Positions 24,241 to 36,793 of a DNA stretch of 64,000 nucleotides are shown in pieces (the stretch's first letter is position 1; every line of letters starts with the position of its first letter). The stretch spans positions 9,603,608-9,667,607 of the forward strand of contig NC_069009.1 in NCBI RefSeq assembly GCF_001194135.2, in the 5' to 3' direction. A program made the translations under genes and the position numbers. The notes below the pieces were generated by a model, which did not search any database, was not told the origin of the DNA, and saw only the letters and a list, made by a program, of their open reading frames with translations. The stretch comes from Octopus bimaculoides. Its lineage: Eukaryota.

Positions 24241-26397
24241 ACAAAAACATTCGCCAGTGCCCTCTGCAACATTCAGGAGACAAAAAATACAAGAGAAATA
24301 GCTAAAATGTGAGTTTAAAAAAAGTGGGGAGGGGATTTGAATAAAGGGGAACAATAATGATATTTTATTAGTGATCCATGCAACATTGTTGGTTAAGGCT
24401 AATAAAAGGAGAAGGGGGAGAGAATATAAGGGTGTGCTCTAATATCAACATTTGATGGGGAAGTAGGGGGAACAGGACAAAATTAAAACATGGGATGGGG
24501 CGGATGGAATAGCCGATGACTCGACCCCAGTACTGTCTGGTACTTTATTTTATCGACCCCTCCCAGGAAAGGATGAAAGGCAAAGTCAACCCTGGCGGGA
24601 TTTTCAAACTCAGAACGTAAAGGGATGTAACCAAATACCACAAGGCACTTCGTTTGGTGCTCTATCGATTCTGGCAATCTACCGCCTGTAAAGTAATAAA
24701 AGAGCTTTTTGCTTTTTTTTCTTTTTTGGAATAGACAGATGGTGGATATTGGAAGAAGGAAAATAATAAAAATTAAAAACTACATGTGCTTATAGCTTGC
24801 TTGGAAAAAGAAAAAAAAAAACCCTAATATTCTATATAGGTACAAATCCTGCACCCTTTTTTTAATTTAAGAAAAAATTTTCAACAAGACAAATGAACAG
24901 AAAAAAAAAAGAAAAGAAAAAGTAAACAGTAACATACAACTTGAAAAAAATCCTCACACACAGGATCGAGATATTGTGGGAGTTATGAAATCCTAAACCG
25001 ACCCTTTTTCTATGGGGAAATCAATGAAGATATTTATGGAGATTATGTGTAGGTAGGTATAGAGTCAACACAAAACAGCTAAGCTAAAAAGGGGAAAAAA
25101 GAAAGAAAAAAAATCCATGTCTCCTTCGTCTTCCTAACAACTTACAGGACAGAAAACAGATAAAAAAAAAATTAAGAACCCTAAAGCCAAACAACCGGCA
25201 CAGCACAGCAAGGGTGTGTCTCACCACATACATTTACCTGGGGCCCCAAATTATCATCCCTGTTTCATAAAACCTACCTGATGCCATCATCACAAGATGG
25301 CAAATACTTCATTGCACCTAAAACACTCGTAACTCTTAGGGGCGTGCACATGTACATACATGTGGTCAGATCAATATATGCAACATTGAAATGTGGTCTT
25401 GATGTTAGTTTTTAAAGCTAGATTTAAATGGAAGCTGTTAAGACATCCAAAGTAAAACCAAACAAATTCTTAGAACTTTAACAGAGATGACCCTCCCACC
25501 ACCTCCATTGTATGACTGAAGGTTTAAGAAAGTGTGTAACTGATGAAGATTCTTAAGTAAAAACTGCAAAATTGCTACAAATTTGGTGCCAGATTACTAT
25601 TTGAAAAGTGGCTCGAGATATTAGTGTCAATACAGTTGACAATATTAACGGTTTTGGTGCAAGAAACCTTATATGCTCTACATTCATACAACAGGCTAGA
25701 GAGCCACCCCAGCATAATATCAGATACCCCATTCTATTTAACTAAACTGCCACCTTGTTATGGAAAAACCATGTAGAACACAGCTAGAACGACATTTCTA
25801 TGAGACCAAAGTAGTCCTCATCTCACAAGAGCTACCCTACACAAGAATCTAGCATGGTGACAGCAAACCTCATCTTTATGTTTCTGTGGATACAAAGACA
25901 GCCTAGCTCACTGCCCGGTACACCCCTAGCTAATGACACCCTTCACTGCTAAGAAAGGCTATATACAATTATACATTTATCTGAAGAGACATTCTAAACA
26001 GATATGTATAAAAAGAGATATAGGAAAAAAAAAAAAACTTGTTCAAAAGACTTAACAGTCTTATCAATAAGACTCACAAAATGGACTGGGGGTAGGTGGT
26101 GGTGCTGCTATGATGGCAATACCGAGACGCTTCTCAAACCGAATTTAGGAACTCTTGAAAAACTGCACAAGGCACTAGTCTGATGAATTGTCAGATAAAT
26201 TTGATCAACGAGAGCGACGATACTTAAAGCTGATTTATATACAAATCTCCTCTCTTCTCCATCTCTCTCTCTCTCTCATCTTCCTTCTTTGCTGCCTATA
26301 AAAATACATCCCACCACCAGAAAACTGTGGTGGAAAATATCATATATAATCCTTTGGTTTAGTTATTTTCTTTTTTTAAATCCTCTTTGTATGTTGT

Positions 26398-26575
26398 CTT
26401 CATCTTCATCTCAAACTATTCCCTCTTGCTAGTTTTCTCCCCTCTGTCTCATTACCTCCATTTCTTCGTTATTCAGTGATTTAAATTCTTCGTCTTACCT
26501 CAACTCATCTTCATTTCAAAACTTACTCCCTTCTAGTTTTCTCCCCTCCCTCTCATTAACCTCTTCTTTCCTCTT
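26398..26575. repeat. Two-copy imperfect tandem duplication (~105-bp period)
   Basis: catcttcatctcaaactattccctcttgctagttttctcccctctgtctcatta versus catcttcatttcaaacttactcccttctagttttctcccctccctctcatta. Confidence 0.7.
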
Positions 26576-29500
26576 CATCGTCTTTGGTGCTGCTGTCGTC
26601 GAGGAACGGCACACGACAGTCCCCACTGTATCTACAACTCCCTACTCCACCATACTGTTAGCTGCGACACGGATACAATCTCCCCCACCCCAAGATGCCA
26701 TATCAGTGCACCGGGGCGCCTCTACCAAAAGATTCATTCACCCACATGGTGCCACATTCATGCACCAGGGGCCTCCACCAAAATCCTCGCCCACCCCCTC
26801 AAGTGCTGAGGGAGAGGATTTTTAATGACGTTTTTCACCTCAAAAAAAATTTTAAATTGTCAACTAAAATTTCCTTATCTCCCCTCTACCTCTTACTCCC
26901 CGACTACTCCCTATGCCCCCATCTTTATCTCTTCCACCCCACCTATCACGACCCCTACACCTCCGCCTCTATCTCTCTCCCATCTCTTTCTCTCTCTCTC
27001 TCTCTCCACCGTTAAACACATTTAAAAAAGAAAAGAAAAGAAAAAATATGCAACACATGCATATAATTCAATATACATGCATGCATGAAAAACTTAAAAA
27101 CAACCAGGAGCAGCCCAAGAAGGGCCCCCCTCCAGGAACATCAACAGTTAAGATTGAAAAGCTTCATCTAAACACAATCCAGCTTCTTCCTCTGGCGACC
27201 CCTTTTCTGGAAAAATGCAACAGACAAAATTTCAGGGCCATTTTTAAAATTCATTAAAAAAAAAAAAAAAGAAAAAACCCATCTTACCTCACACTTTAGT
27301 GAGTGGAGTGTCACGTTCATGCTCACACTCCAGATTAAAATCTTTAAAAGCTATAAAAAAAAATTTAAAAAAGCACATCCAGGATGTAGAAAACTACAAC
27401 TGCTCAGCCGCCACACAGTGGGGTCAGGGGGGCAAGTCTGGTGTGGGAGGAAATGGATTTAAATGATTTCTCAAAGGGGGGGATTGTATATGAAGCAGGG
27501 GAGGGGGAAAAAAGTGAAAGGAATAATGCCAAGTGACACTGGGTCAACATATCTATATCTACTGTCANNNNNNNNNNNNNNNNNNNNNNNNNNNNNNNNN
27601 NNNNNNNNNNNNNNNNNNNNNNNNNNNNNNNNNNNNNNNNNNNNNNNNNNNNNNNNNNNNNNNNNNNNNNNNNNNNNNNNNNNNNNNNNNNNNNNNNNNN
27701 NNNNNNNNNNNNNNNNNNNNNNNNNNNNNNNNNTATATATATATATATATATATATGATTGGTACCTATTTTACCGCCCCTCAGAAAGACAAAAGGCAAA
27801 TTTGACCCTGATGCAATATGAAATCAAAATGTGAAGAGGCCTCACTGAAACCACAACTCTAGTGATCCTGCTAACCACAGCCATTACAATTAAGCTACCA
27901 CACCAAGTGTCTCACAAGGGGTATACATCAGTTAAGATTAAAAGACTAGACTTTAGGGGGGTTAATAAAACAAAGTGTGCTTGGGAAATATGCACTGTGG
28001 TAGTACTGCTACCCACTCCCTGCAGAATACTCTGGTTAAGTAAGAAACTTAGACAAAGCAGGACCTTCTTTGAAATTATTTGCATCTTGAGTCACATTAG
28101 ATCTTTCACATGTTAATATTGATGTTTATTGGATGGTTAAGTGGAAAATGAAATATAATCAATAACTACTCTTTACAGTCACCACACAAACATTAAAGCA
28201 GTCTGTGTGCACATATATATTTATCTAATCTATCTATTTATAGCATCTGCCTATAATTATTCTGGAGAACATTGACATGAATGTGGGCTTCAGAGTAAGC
28301 TGAGGCCTACAATTTCAGACAAACCGTAAAGCAGCCTCCTTATGACCTTCAATGTTTGCAGTCAAGGTCATTGCACATGCAATCAGTATATCACTCTACA
28401 GACATCTACCCTAATAGTCTCCTAAAGCTAACTTGAACTGGCTTTTCAAATATTAAATAGCAAATCCTGCAGATGGCACTTCTGCTTGCCTGCATACGTT
28501 CAAGTGAACCCCTACCCACTCCCCATGGGTAAAAATTAGTTTTAGACAGACATACTTTATCTTGTCCATTATTTTTACTATAGCCATTAAGAATTAATTC
28601 TAATACACCACAGTGATCCCACAGATTTAGAATATATATATATATACATACATACACACCTGCAGGCACATTCAATTGCCTCCCCTTTTACAGAGAATGA
28701 GTTTTTTTTTTTTAAATAATTTACACAGGGCAATTGACACAAACTAAAGACAAGCCTCCCCTCTGGTGCTACTCAGATTTCACATTTCTGCTCTGCATAG
28801 GGAATGAAATTGGCTAGCATCAAAAGGAATCATTAGTCTCAACAAATGCAAACTCCATATATACAGTTAATTGTCAGATAAATTTGTTAATTTCTTTCCA
28901 AAGTTATCTGAATGAACACAAAAAATATTTGTGTTTTATGTAGCTCTGTTCTTACTCTACATCTTTTGTTTATTGGTTTTGAAATTTAAATAAACTTTCA
29001 CTTTCAATCAAGGTTCCAAAACCGCCCAAGGTATTTGTGTTGTGTACAGAGGTATGATCTTTCTGATGCACTACATTTCAGCCAGCCTGTTCAATTCAGT
29101 GAAGATCAATTGGAGGATTCATTCACAAAGGATCCACCATGGAATTAGTACAGCAGTTGGAAATAAAATAAACAAATTTATCTGACAATCCAACATAAGT
29201 AATTTTCTCCTACACTGTGTTGATGCTATTAACAGTTTAAATGTTTAAGACAGACGAGAATAAGATTAAAAAAGGGTCCAGTCTTCTCTGCATGTTTAAG
29301 AGGTGTTCATTTGTTGGTAGACTGCCACAGACCAGGCTGTCAGCTACAAAAAAAACCCCTTTTTTCTACAGAGGGCAGAGGTATGAAGGATGTGGCAGCA
29401 GAAATACTACTAAATTCATGGTTTTGAGTGAAAAAAATCTTTCAAGGACGGGCTAAAGGAGTGTTTTAATTTACCCCACAACTTTCAAGGAACAAAGGGT

Positions 29501-29729
29501 GTTTCTGCAATTAATTTATAGTGTAAGTAGTAAGCCCCAAAGAAATAGGGATGAGAGCAGTGGTGAAGTTGTTTAGTCTATCAAAGAAATTTATAATAAA
29601 AAAGATAAAAGCTCGAAATCTACAAAAGAAAAAGAATTGCTGGCTTTTTAGTAGGAATAACTTGTTTTGAGGGAGGGGGGATTAAAAAAAAAAACTTCGG
29701 AGGGGGGAGTGTGTGGCTCCACAGCATAT

Positions 29730-29844
29730 TTAGAGCACCTGGTTGTTACAATCCCTAGCATAGTGGCCTGTCGCCCTGCATGTATAGCACTGGGTTAGAT
29801 TTAAACTAGGACACTCCTTGGCCAAGTGATCACTTTCACCACAC
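29730..29844 (-). other. CNBP: Second identical copy of the CNBP terminal coding exon, abutting a 10-N gap (likely assembly/haplotype duplication)
   Basis: 29685-29856 is identical to 29920-30091 (offset 235), including the acceptor and stop codon; gap at 29857-29866. Confidence 0.85.
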
Positions 29845-29964
29845 CTAAAAGGCAAANNNNNNNNNNCTTTTGGGGGGATGGGTTGGTTTCTAAGAGCAGC
29901 ACGCAAAACAAAATATTTAAAAAAAAAAACTTCGGAGGGGGGAGTGTGTGGCTCCACAGCATAT

Positions 29965-30079
29965 TTAGAGCACCTGGTTGTTACAATCCCTAGCATAGTG
30001 GCCTGTCGCCCTGCATGTATAGCACTGGGTTAGATTTAAACTAGGACACTCCTTGGCCAAGTGATCACTTTCACCACAC
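29965..30079 (-). CDS. CNBP: CNBP-like last coding exon (KCGESDHLAKECPSLNLTQCYTCRATGHYARDCNNQVL*)
   Basis: Acceptor tttctgtttgccttttag|, phase 2 completes knuckle 7 (CY|KCGESDHLAKEC) and adds knuckle 8; TAA at 29967-29965; 101-nt intron upstream. Confidence 0.92.
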
Positions 30080-30180
30080 CTAAAAGGCAAACAGAAACAT
30101 GAAATTAGATTACATAACTGAGGAGAAAGAGAAAACAAAAAAAAAAAGAGAAAACAAGAAAAAGAGAGAGAGCTACTAAC

Positions 30181-30385
30181 TTGTAACAGTTCTTGCCACT
30201 TTCTGGACAGCTCTTGGAGATGTGACCCGTCATACCACAGTTATAGCACTTGCGGTCATCTCGTCGCTCATCAGAACACTCCCGAGCTATATGGCCAGCT
30301 ACACCACATCGATAGCATGGTTTTGAGCTGGCCACCAGGCACTCCCTCTGGATGTGACCACTCTTGCCACAGTTGTAACATGATC
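30181..30385 (-). CDS. CNBP: CNBP-like coding exon 3 (knuckles 4-6 and start of 7)
   Basis: ttttacattgtag| ... TACAA|gttagt; 205 nt; GSCYNCGKSGHIQREC..CYRCGVAGHIAREC..CYNCGMTGHISKSCPESGKNCY. Confidence 0.95.
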
Positions 30386-30631
30386 CTACAATGTAAAATA
30401 ACATTAACACCAAATAAAAGACAAACCACATAGAGGGCTCAGACAGTCAAGAAAAAAATTTTTTTTTAAACTTCTAAACCCACTAAATAAGGCAATGACA
30501 GAGCCTGGACACAATCACTGAGGAACTGGCATGGCCACAGCTGAAATAGCTGTCACAACAAATGAACCTGAGGTTAAACATATACATCAATTATATGTGA
30601 CCCATGGCCAGCTGAGAGAAACTGACCAGGA

Positions 30632-30784
30632 TTACCCTTTAGCATTGAAACCTACCATATCAGGTCAAAATATTCTACCTGCTTTATGTTCAAACCAACT
30701 AGATCCTACCTCTCACATCTACCCTACATTGTCATGAATAAATAAGCAGTAGTTGAGAGAGTAATCTTAATGCTAAAGGGTTAA
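30632..30784. mobile_element. piggyBac-type MITE (short copy)
   Basis: Termini ttaccctttagcatt ... aatgctaaagggttaa (CCCTTT TIR start, TTAA-like target). Confidence 0.65.
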
Positions 30785-32908
30785 CTTGGGAAAGTGTAAT
30801 TCTATATAAATCCTTCAGATACCCACCCCTCTTGGTTCTACAACACAAGCTTCAGGTTTTAAAGTGACCACTCTTCAAAATTTGATGGTAATTGGTACTC
30901 CAAACACCAGCTTAACATGGATATTTGGAAAATGATTTCTATGTAAATATAGTCACAAAGGGGTTACGAGTGAATACATAACTTGTATTGTAGAGTGAAT
31001 GACTTCAACATTGCATCTAGGTTGGAAGAGAAGTATTCAAGCTGGTCTAGATAACCCAACTGATAGACAAAGCACACAACAGCTGCCCAACAACCTCCAA
31101 CAAAAACAAGCAAACGGTATATTGTGACTGCATCTGCAGAGCCAACAAAGCAGCAACCACATAATCACTCCATCTGCTATAAGTAGCAACTAGATTTCCC
31201 TCACAACCTACCAACTTAAAACAAAGGATTGAAAGGTTTTAAACTCAAAACCTAACCAAAATATCCCAGATTTTGTCCCTTCACTGCTTCCTTCAATAAC
31301 TAATTGCCAAAATTGACACAAACCACTTCAGTACTTGTATTTCAAGTAGAGAAGTATGGAAGGTACAAAGAAACACCACAGGTAGGTTGCCAGATAATTT
31401 AGTGTATGCTGTTGCAATGATTTCTATGGAGGGTATATAGCATAGTCTACGTAATCCCTAACACCAAATAAAAACAATGCTTCATTCAGTGCAACGCCAG
31501 CACTTAAGTCTTCAAAAATCAATATAACATTAAGCAATGTCAAGTGACGAGATGCTGCACTGGAGCAGATCTATGCTAGCAAGGGAAGGAAACAGTGGGG
31601 GGGGGGGCAGAGGAGCGAAAATGCAGACTTAAGAAAACAAGCAGAAAGACAAGCACAGAAGAGTGAGCAAATGCAGTGACATGCGTTCCAAGAAGTTGTT
31701 AGGAGGGCAAGGAAAAGATATTTTCAGGGAAAATATTAGCACAGTAATAAGGTGAGTTTACAATGTTTTAGTAGAATATTATTTTTAGTACAGACAAGAG
31801 GAGAATGCAAAGATAGATAATTATTGCTCCTTGTGAAAGTTTCATACAAAATTAAACTATGAAAGGTCAGAGAGACTTTGAGATTGTCCTCACCCAGCGA
31901 TTGTACTTGGTTGTCTTAATGTAGGACATGATAATGCAGTCTTAAGCACATTATAACTGAAACAGCAATTAATCAGTGGGTACCTGAATTTTTGGGGAAA
32001 ACTAAGCAAGGATATGGTCTAAATCTAATTTAAAGTCCAACCTAGTAAAGAACATGGTGGCCATGTGCTTAAAGCCTGAACACAGCACCATCCAACAGTG
32101 TATCTAGGACTACATTACTTAATGTATCCTCCCTTGCTAATTGGCTGCATATCACCTTTTACTGACAATGTACACTCTTTCATTATGTGTATCTACTTAA
32201 AGATGTTTGGAGGAAATGTTTCCACATAGCTACATACTAATATTTTTTATCTGTTGTAGTAATAAGGAATACATGACGTCCAGCAGCATTTCTGCAATTT
32301 CAGCCATTGCGAGAAAAGTTGCTTTCCCCACCAACCTTCTCTTTCATAGCCTGCAACACTGGTGAATACCACATAATATACATATGCATTATATCCAGTG
32401 TGCAGGCATGGCACTTTGGAACTACATAGTTTTGGGTTCAGTCCCACTGCACAGTGCCATTGGCAACCATCTTCTACTATAGCCCTGGGCTAACCAATGC
32501 TTTCAGTGAATTTCTTTACTATGTGAAAGCCTGTCACGTGTGCGCATATGTCTTCTTACCTGCCACAACTCGCTTGACAACTAGTGTTGGTTTGTTTACA
32601 ACCCTGTGATATAGCTATCAAGCAAAAGAGACTGATAGAATAAGCACCAGACTACAGAAGCCAATAAGCAAGGTGGCGGTACCTTGCCATGGTCACAGTC
32701 CAGATGACCAAAACAAGTAAAAGAGAGCAATGTGTAATTCAACAGCAACAAAGTTCACTAAAGTAAGCTATGTTATGTATGTTGTAGACAATCTGAGTTG
32801 CTCAATAAAGCCTCTGTACAAGACTATTTGCAGCTCGCCACTCGGACTGCCCTGAACACAAACTAGGAACTAGTCTCCCATCTTTCTTTATAGGGCCAGC
32901 CAATGCCT

Positions 32909-33132
32909 TTAACCCTTTAGCATTAAACCAGTCATATATGGCCCAAATATTCTATATTTTTATGTTCAAACTGGCTAGATCCAACTTCTCACACTTACGC
33001 TACAATGTCTTTCTAAAAGTAAACAACCACAGCATCAAAATCTCATGGCTATGAGATAATGTATGAGTAATTCAAAACAATGTGAATAAATAAGATTTAC
33101 ATTGGACAATGATCTGAATGCTAAAGGGGTTA
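32909..33132. mobile_element. piggyBac-type MITE
   Basis: TTAA|ccctttagcatt ... aatgctaaaggggtta; partial relatives at ~6920-7112, 18250-18465 and 45480-45680. Confidence 0.7.
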
Positions 33133-34250
33133 GCAAAATTGTTAGATTGTTAATAAATTGACATCCCATGCCTTCATTTGACACCAATGGGCAAAAATGG
33201 TGATGTGTTTATATTGTTTGACATTATGAAATTGTTTTCAATTTTCAAAGCCCAGTAGAATAAAAGCTTCCCTACAGGAAATTCTCCTTGCCTCGACAGC
33301 ATATAGCTGTAAACCAGTGCCACTGCTATGTAAGGTGTGTGCTCCCAATCTTCCTTGAAAATGCCTGTGATCGTGGAGAAATATTACCTTACTTGGAAAC
33401 AGGTGAAGAGTTGGCAATAGAAAGGGTATTCAGCTGTAGGAAAATCCACCTTAAACTCCTCCTGACTCATGCAAGCACGGAAATATGAACATTAACAATT
33501 TTCATCTTCAGAGAAACTCACTGTAGGTTGGCAGCACCTAATATCAAAAGCTTGCTCCCTATATTTCATTTTTGTCTTGCATGTCTGCTTTTACATAATT
33601 GGATTAACTAAAGCAGTAGATATGACATTTTATTGACATGTGCCCCTCACAGGAGGTTGTGGACTGTCTCGTAAGATAGTTTTTACTGTGTTATATACAT
33701 ATATTAAAAACTACCATATGATAGTTATATACACAGGCAGTGGAGGCACATAGTGGTTAGGGTGTTGCACTCATGAATTGTGGTTTTGATTCCTGGACTG
33801 GCTGATGTGTTGTGTTCTTGGGCACAACTATATTTCATGCAGCTCCAATCCACTCAGCTGGTAAAAATGAGTAATCCTGCGACAGACTGGCATCCCATCC
33901 AGGGGAGAACACATACACCAGAGAAATCAGCTCCATTGTTCCTTACAGAATAATGTGGACTAACCCCTCCACCTCAATTCAGACACTAACAAACACAGGA
34001 AGAGAATGGGAAGATAAGAAGGCTTCAGATGAGATAAATGCTAAAAGCTGAAGAGAGAAATGAAGGCAATTATGAAATAATAGATGGAGACAACAGAAGG
34101 AAAGAAAGTTAAATTAATGTAAAAACATCTATCATACAGTCACTGCATGTCAGTGTTCTCCTTAGGAAAGCAATGCAAAAATTCAGAAGGTGAAGAAAAG
34201 TCACACGTAAGGTATTAAGTTTTGGCTGCCTATTTTATATTTATCCAATG

Positions 34251-34530
34251 GAATTCTGGTTTAAGTATACCATATAAACCACCCCATAAGTTATCTTTTG
34301 GAATTTTCAGAAAATTCATTCAATTAGGGGGAGGGGGAACCCCCTACCACACACGGAGTGGGGTAGGGTCATGAGACGCTAGATCGCCCTGAAGAAAAAA
34401 AATTTTTTTTGCATGATCATGTGAATTTTCATATGTAGAAAACTAATTCGCAAAAAAATTTCTGAAAATTCACAAAAAATTTTTTTTTTTTTTAAATGAG
34501 GGGTTATACTGGGTGCTTAAACCAGAATTC
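34251..34530. mobile_element. MITE with GAATTCTGGTTTAAG termini
   Basis: 15-bp perfect inverted termini (34251-34265 and 34516-34530); internal sequence related to 48430-48800 and to 50440-51160, which is interrupted by a LINE-tail insertion at ~50520-50790. Confidence 0.7.
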
Positions 34531-35488
34531 TGCTTATTTTTCTCTTAGGTGAAGTAAACATTTCTAGTTTAAAAATTAACTGTAACAATACCACAAATTT
34601 ATTTTATATCCTATGGCACTAATAATTACCAGTGATGTTTGAACAGTATTTAAATCGGTGTAAATTCCAAATCATAATTAACAACAAAAGTCAATACTGC
34701 TAAGAATGGGTCTTCAATTTCCCAAACTCTCACAACATACTAAATGCATATTCTTGCCAAGGGAGAATGGCTTTCCTTTACTGCATTGACTCCTGTTGCT
34801 TGTAGAATCATTTGCTACTTTACAAATTACATCTAATTTATCAGAGTTGGCCCCAAGATTTCCAAGCACCATCAAAAATCTACTAGATTTCATTGGTGCT
34901 GCAACTAGGAATGGTAGAAGATATTCCCTGTGGGCTGTGCCAAAGAAATACCAACAGAACTACCAACTTGAGACAAAAAAAAAACCTAGACATTTCTTTT
35001 TAATTTTAAACATTTAGAAAACACCTCTGGCAATTGTTTGTGCATGCATGACTTTTCTAACCCATCTGACTTTTCTATCCATCGGTGGAGATGGTTAATG
35101 AATACAATTTAGCTCCAGCTTGAACCTCCCCCGCCCCCAATTTAGAGAGAAAAAAAAAATTCAAGCTAGAAATTGAAACCAGCCCATTTTGTTTAATTTA
35201 AAATGGGATGAATTCTAAATGACTGGTTACTTTCCAAGGCTTGCCACCATCTGACAATCAACCACCAAAACATGGAGACTAAGTGATACTGCCACGTAAA
35301 CACCACCATCACCTTTCAAACTTTAACCCCCAAGAACATTTACTATCCCCCGAAAAAGAAAGAGGGAGATCCAAGCTAATATCAAAGACACTAAGTAATA
35401 ATTAACCCCTTATATGTCAGGTGACCTAAAAACAAATACTCCCTTAGAAAATTATATAAAAGTAACTGGTTACATGTGTATGTAACTG

Positions 35489-35520
35489 TTAGCACACGGC
35501 AGTTGCTGCAAGTGCAACAA
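35489..35520 (-). CDS. CNBP: Candidate alternative last exon of the CNBP-like gene (coding part xVALAATAVC*)
   Basis: Strong acceptor cctctctcttttccccctgattgtag| at 35521; phase-1 reading stops after 10 codons; ~900 nt of repeat-free sequence leads to AATAAA (34603-34598) plus a GU/U-rich element. Confidence 0.35.
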
Positions 35521-35770
35521 CTACAATCAGGGGGAAAAGAGAGAGAGGATGCAGCAGAAGTAGGCAGGTGTGTGGCTAGGGTATTCAGATAACACCCTGG
35601 GTTAGAAGGGTTTTCAAGACAAATTGACCTAAATAAGGGGAAACATAGCTCATGCTTCTCAGGGAGAACACTGAATATTAGAAGGAAGAAGTTGGGAAAG
35701 GAGTTAAATAATAAATAATAATGATAATGTTCTATGCCAAAATTCTACATAGTTTTAGAGGTACACCTAC

Positions 35771-35827
35771 TTGACGAAGAATACTTATAGTTGCCAGTTC
35801 CATCTGTGCCACGAAACGGTGGCCCCT
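35771..35827 (-). CDS. CNBP: Candidate in-frame 57-nt cassette exon of the CNBP-like gene (EGPPFRGTDGTGNYKYSSS)
   Basis: Acceptor ttaatttttcttttgcacag|, donor AA|gtaggt; 57 nt = 19 codons, phase 1/1 matching the host intron; no stop codon. Confidence 0.55.
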
Positions 35828-36148
35828 CTGTGCAAAAGAAAAATTAAGATAAGCTGATTAACAGGATTAACAAGAACATCAGGGGCGAGTTTTTAAGGCA
35901 AGCCACTGCACAAAAACTGTCAAGTTTCTGACCTCAGCTTCTACGGCAAGTAATGTTTGACGTGGCACTAACTAATCCTTGTATCATGGCAACTCAAACT
36001 TATCTGTTACAGAAAATCTAGAAAACTGAGAGCAAATTTGGGGGTAAAAAATTTTTTTTTTTCAAAAGCAAATAATCAGTTCCAATATATGAAAACCATA
36101 ACTATTTCATGTATAATACAATATAAACACACACTGTGTGTGTGCGCA

Positions 36149-36180
<32 letters not shown>

Positions 36181-36194
36181 CGTATATATATACG

Positions 36195-36227
<33 letters not shown>

Positions 36228-36755
36228 GCATACATACATATGTACATATATGCACACATACACCTGAGGTTCATGTGGCCTTCAGTCTTTCCAAAACATA
36301 AAATGGAACACCCCTAGAACACACCTGCCTCTATATAAGACAAACACGCACACCCAAATAGAAGAAAAGAAAGGCGTGATGGATAGGAATGGTGCAGTAT
36401 TCAAATGTGAGTATTTTGCCTGTGTATGAATATTTATATTTTATATACACATTTCATATACTCAAACTTTTAAAAGACTAGGTAGAGCCACCTGAGANNN
36501 NNNNNNNNNNNNNNNNNNNNNNNNNNNNNNNNNNNNNNNNNNNNNNNNNNNNNNNNNNNNNNNNNNNNNNNNNNNNNNNNNNNNNNNNNNNNNNNNNNNN
36601 NNNNNNNNNNNNNNNNNNNNNNNNNNNNNNNNNNNNNNNNNNNNNNNNNNNNNNNNNNNNNNNNNNNNNNNNNNNNNNNNNNNNNNNNNNNNNNNNNNNN
36701 NNNNNNNNNNNNNNNNNNNNNNNNNNNNNNNNNNNNNNNNNNNNNNNNNNNNNNN

Positions 36756-36793
<38 letters not shown>

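Noticed and set aside
26830-26970. RG-rich reading (RGRDRWGGRDKDGG...RGVRGRGE) as a missing RGG exon of CNBP
   Set aside because: It lies downstream of the stop, has a purine tract rather than a polypyrimidine acceptor, and G/A-rich DNA yields R/G peptides by chance.
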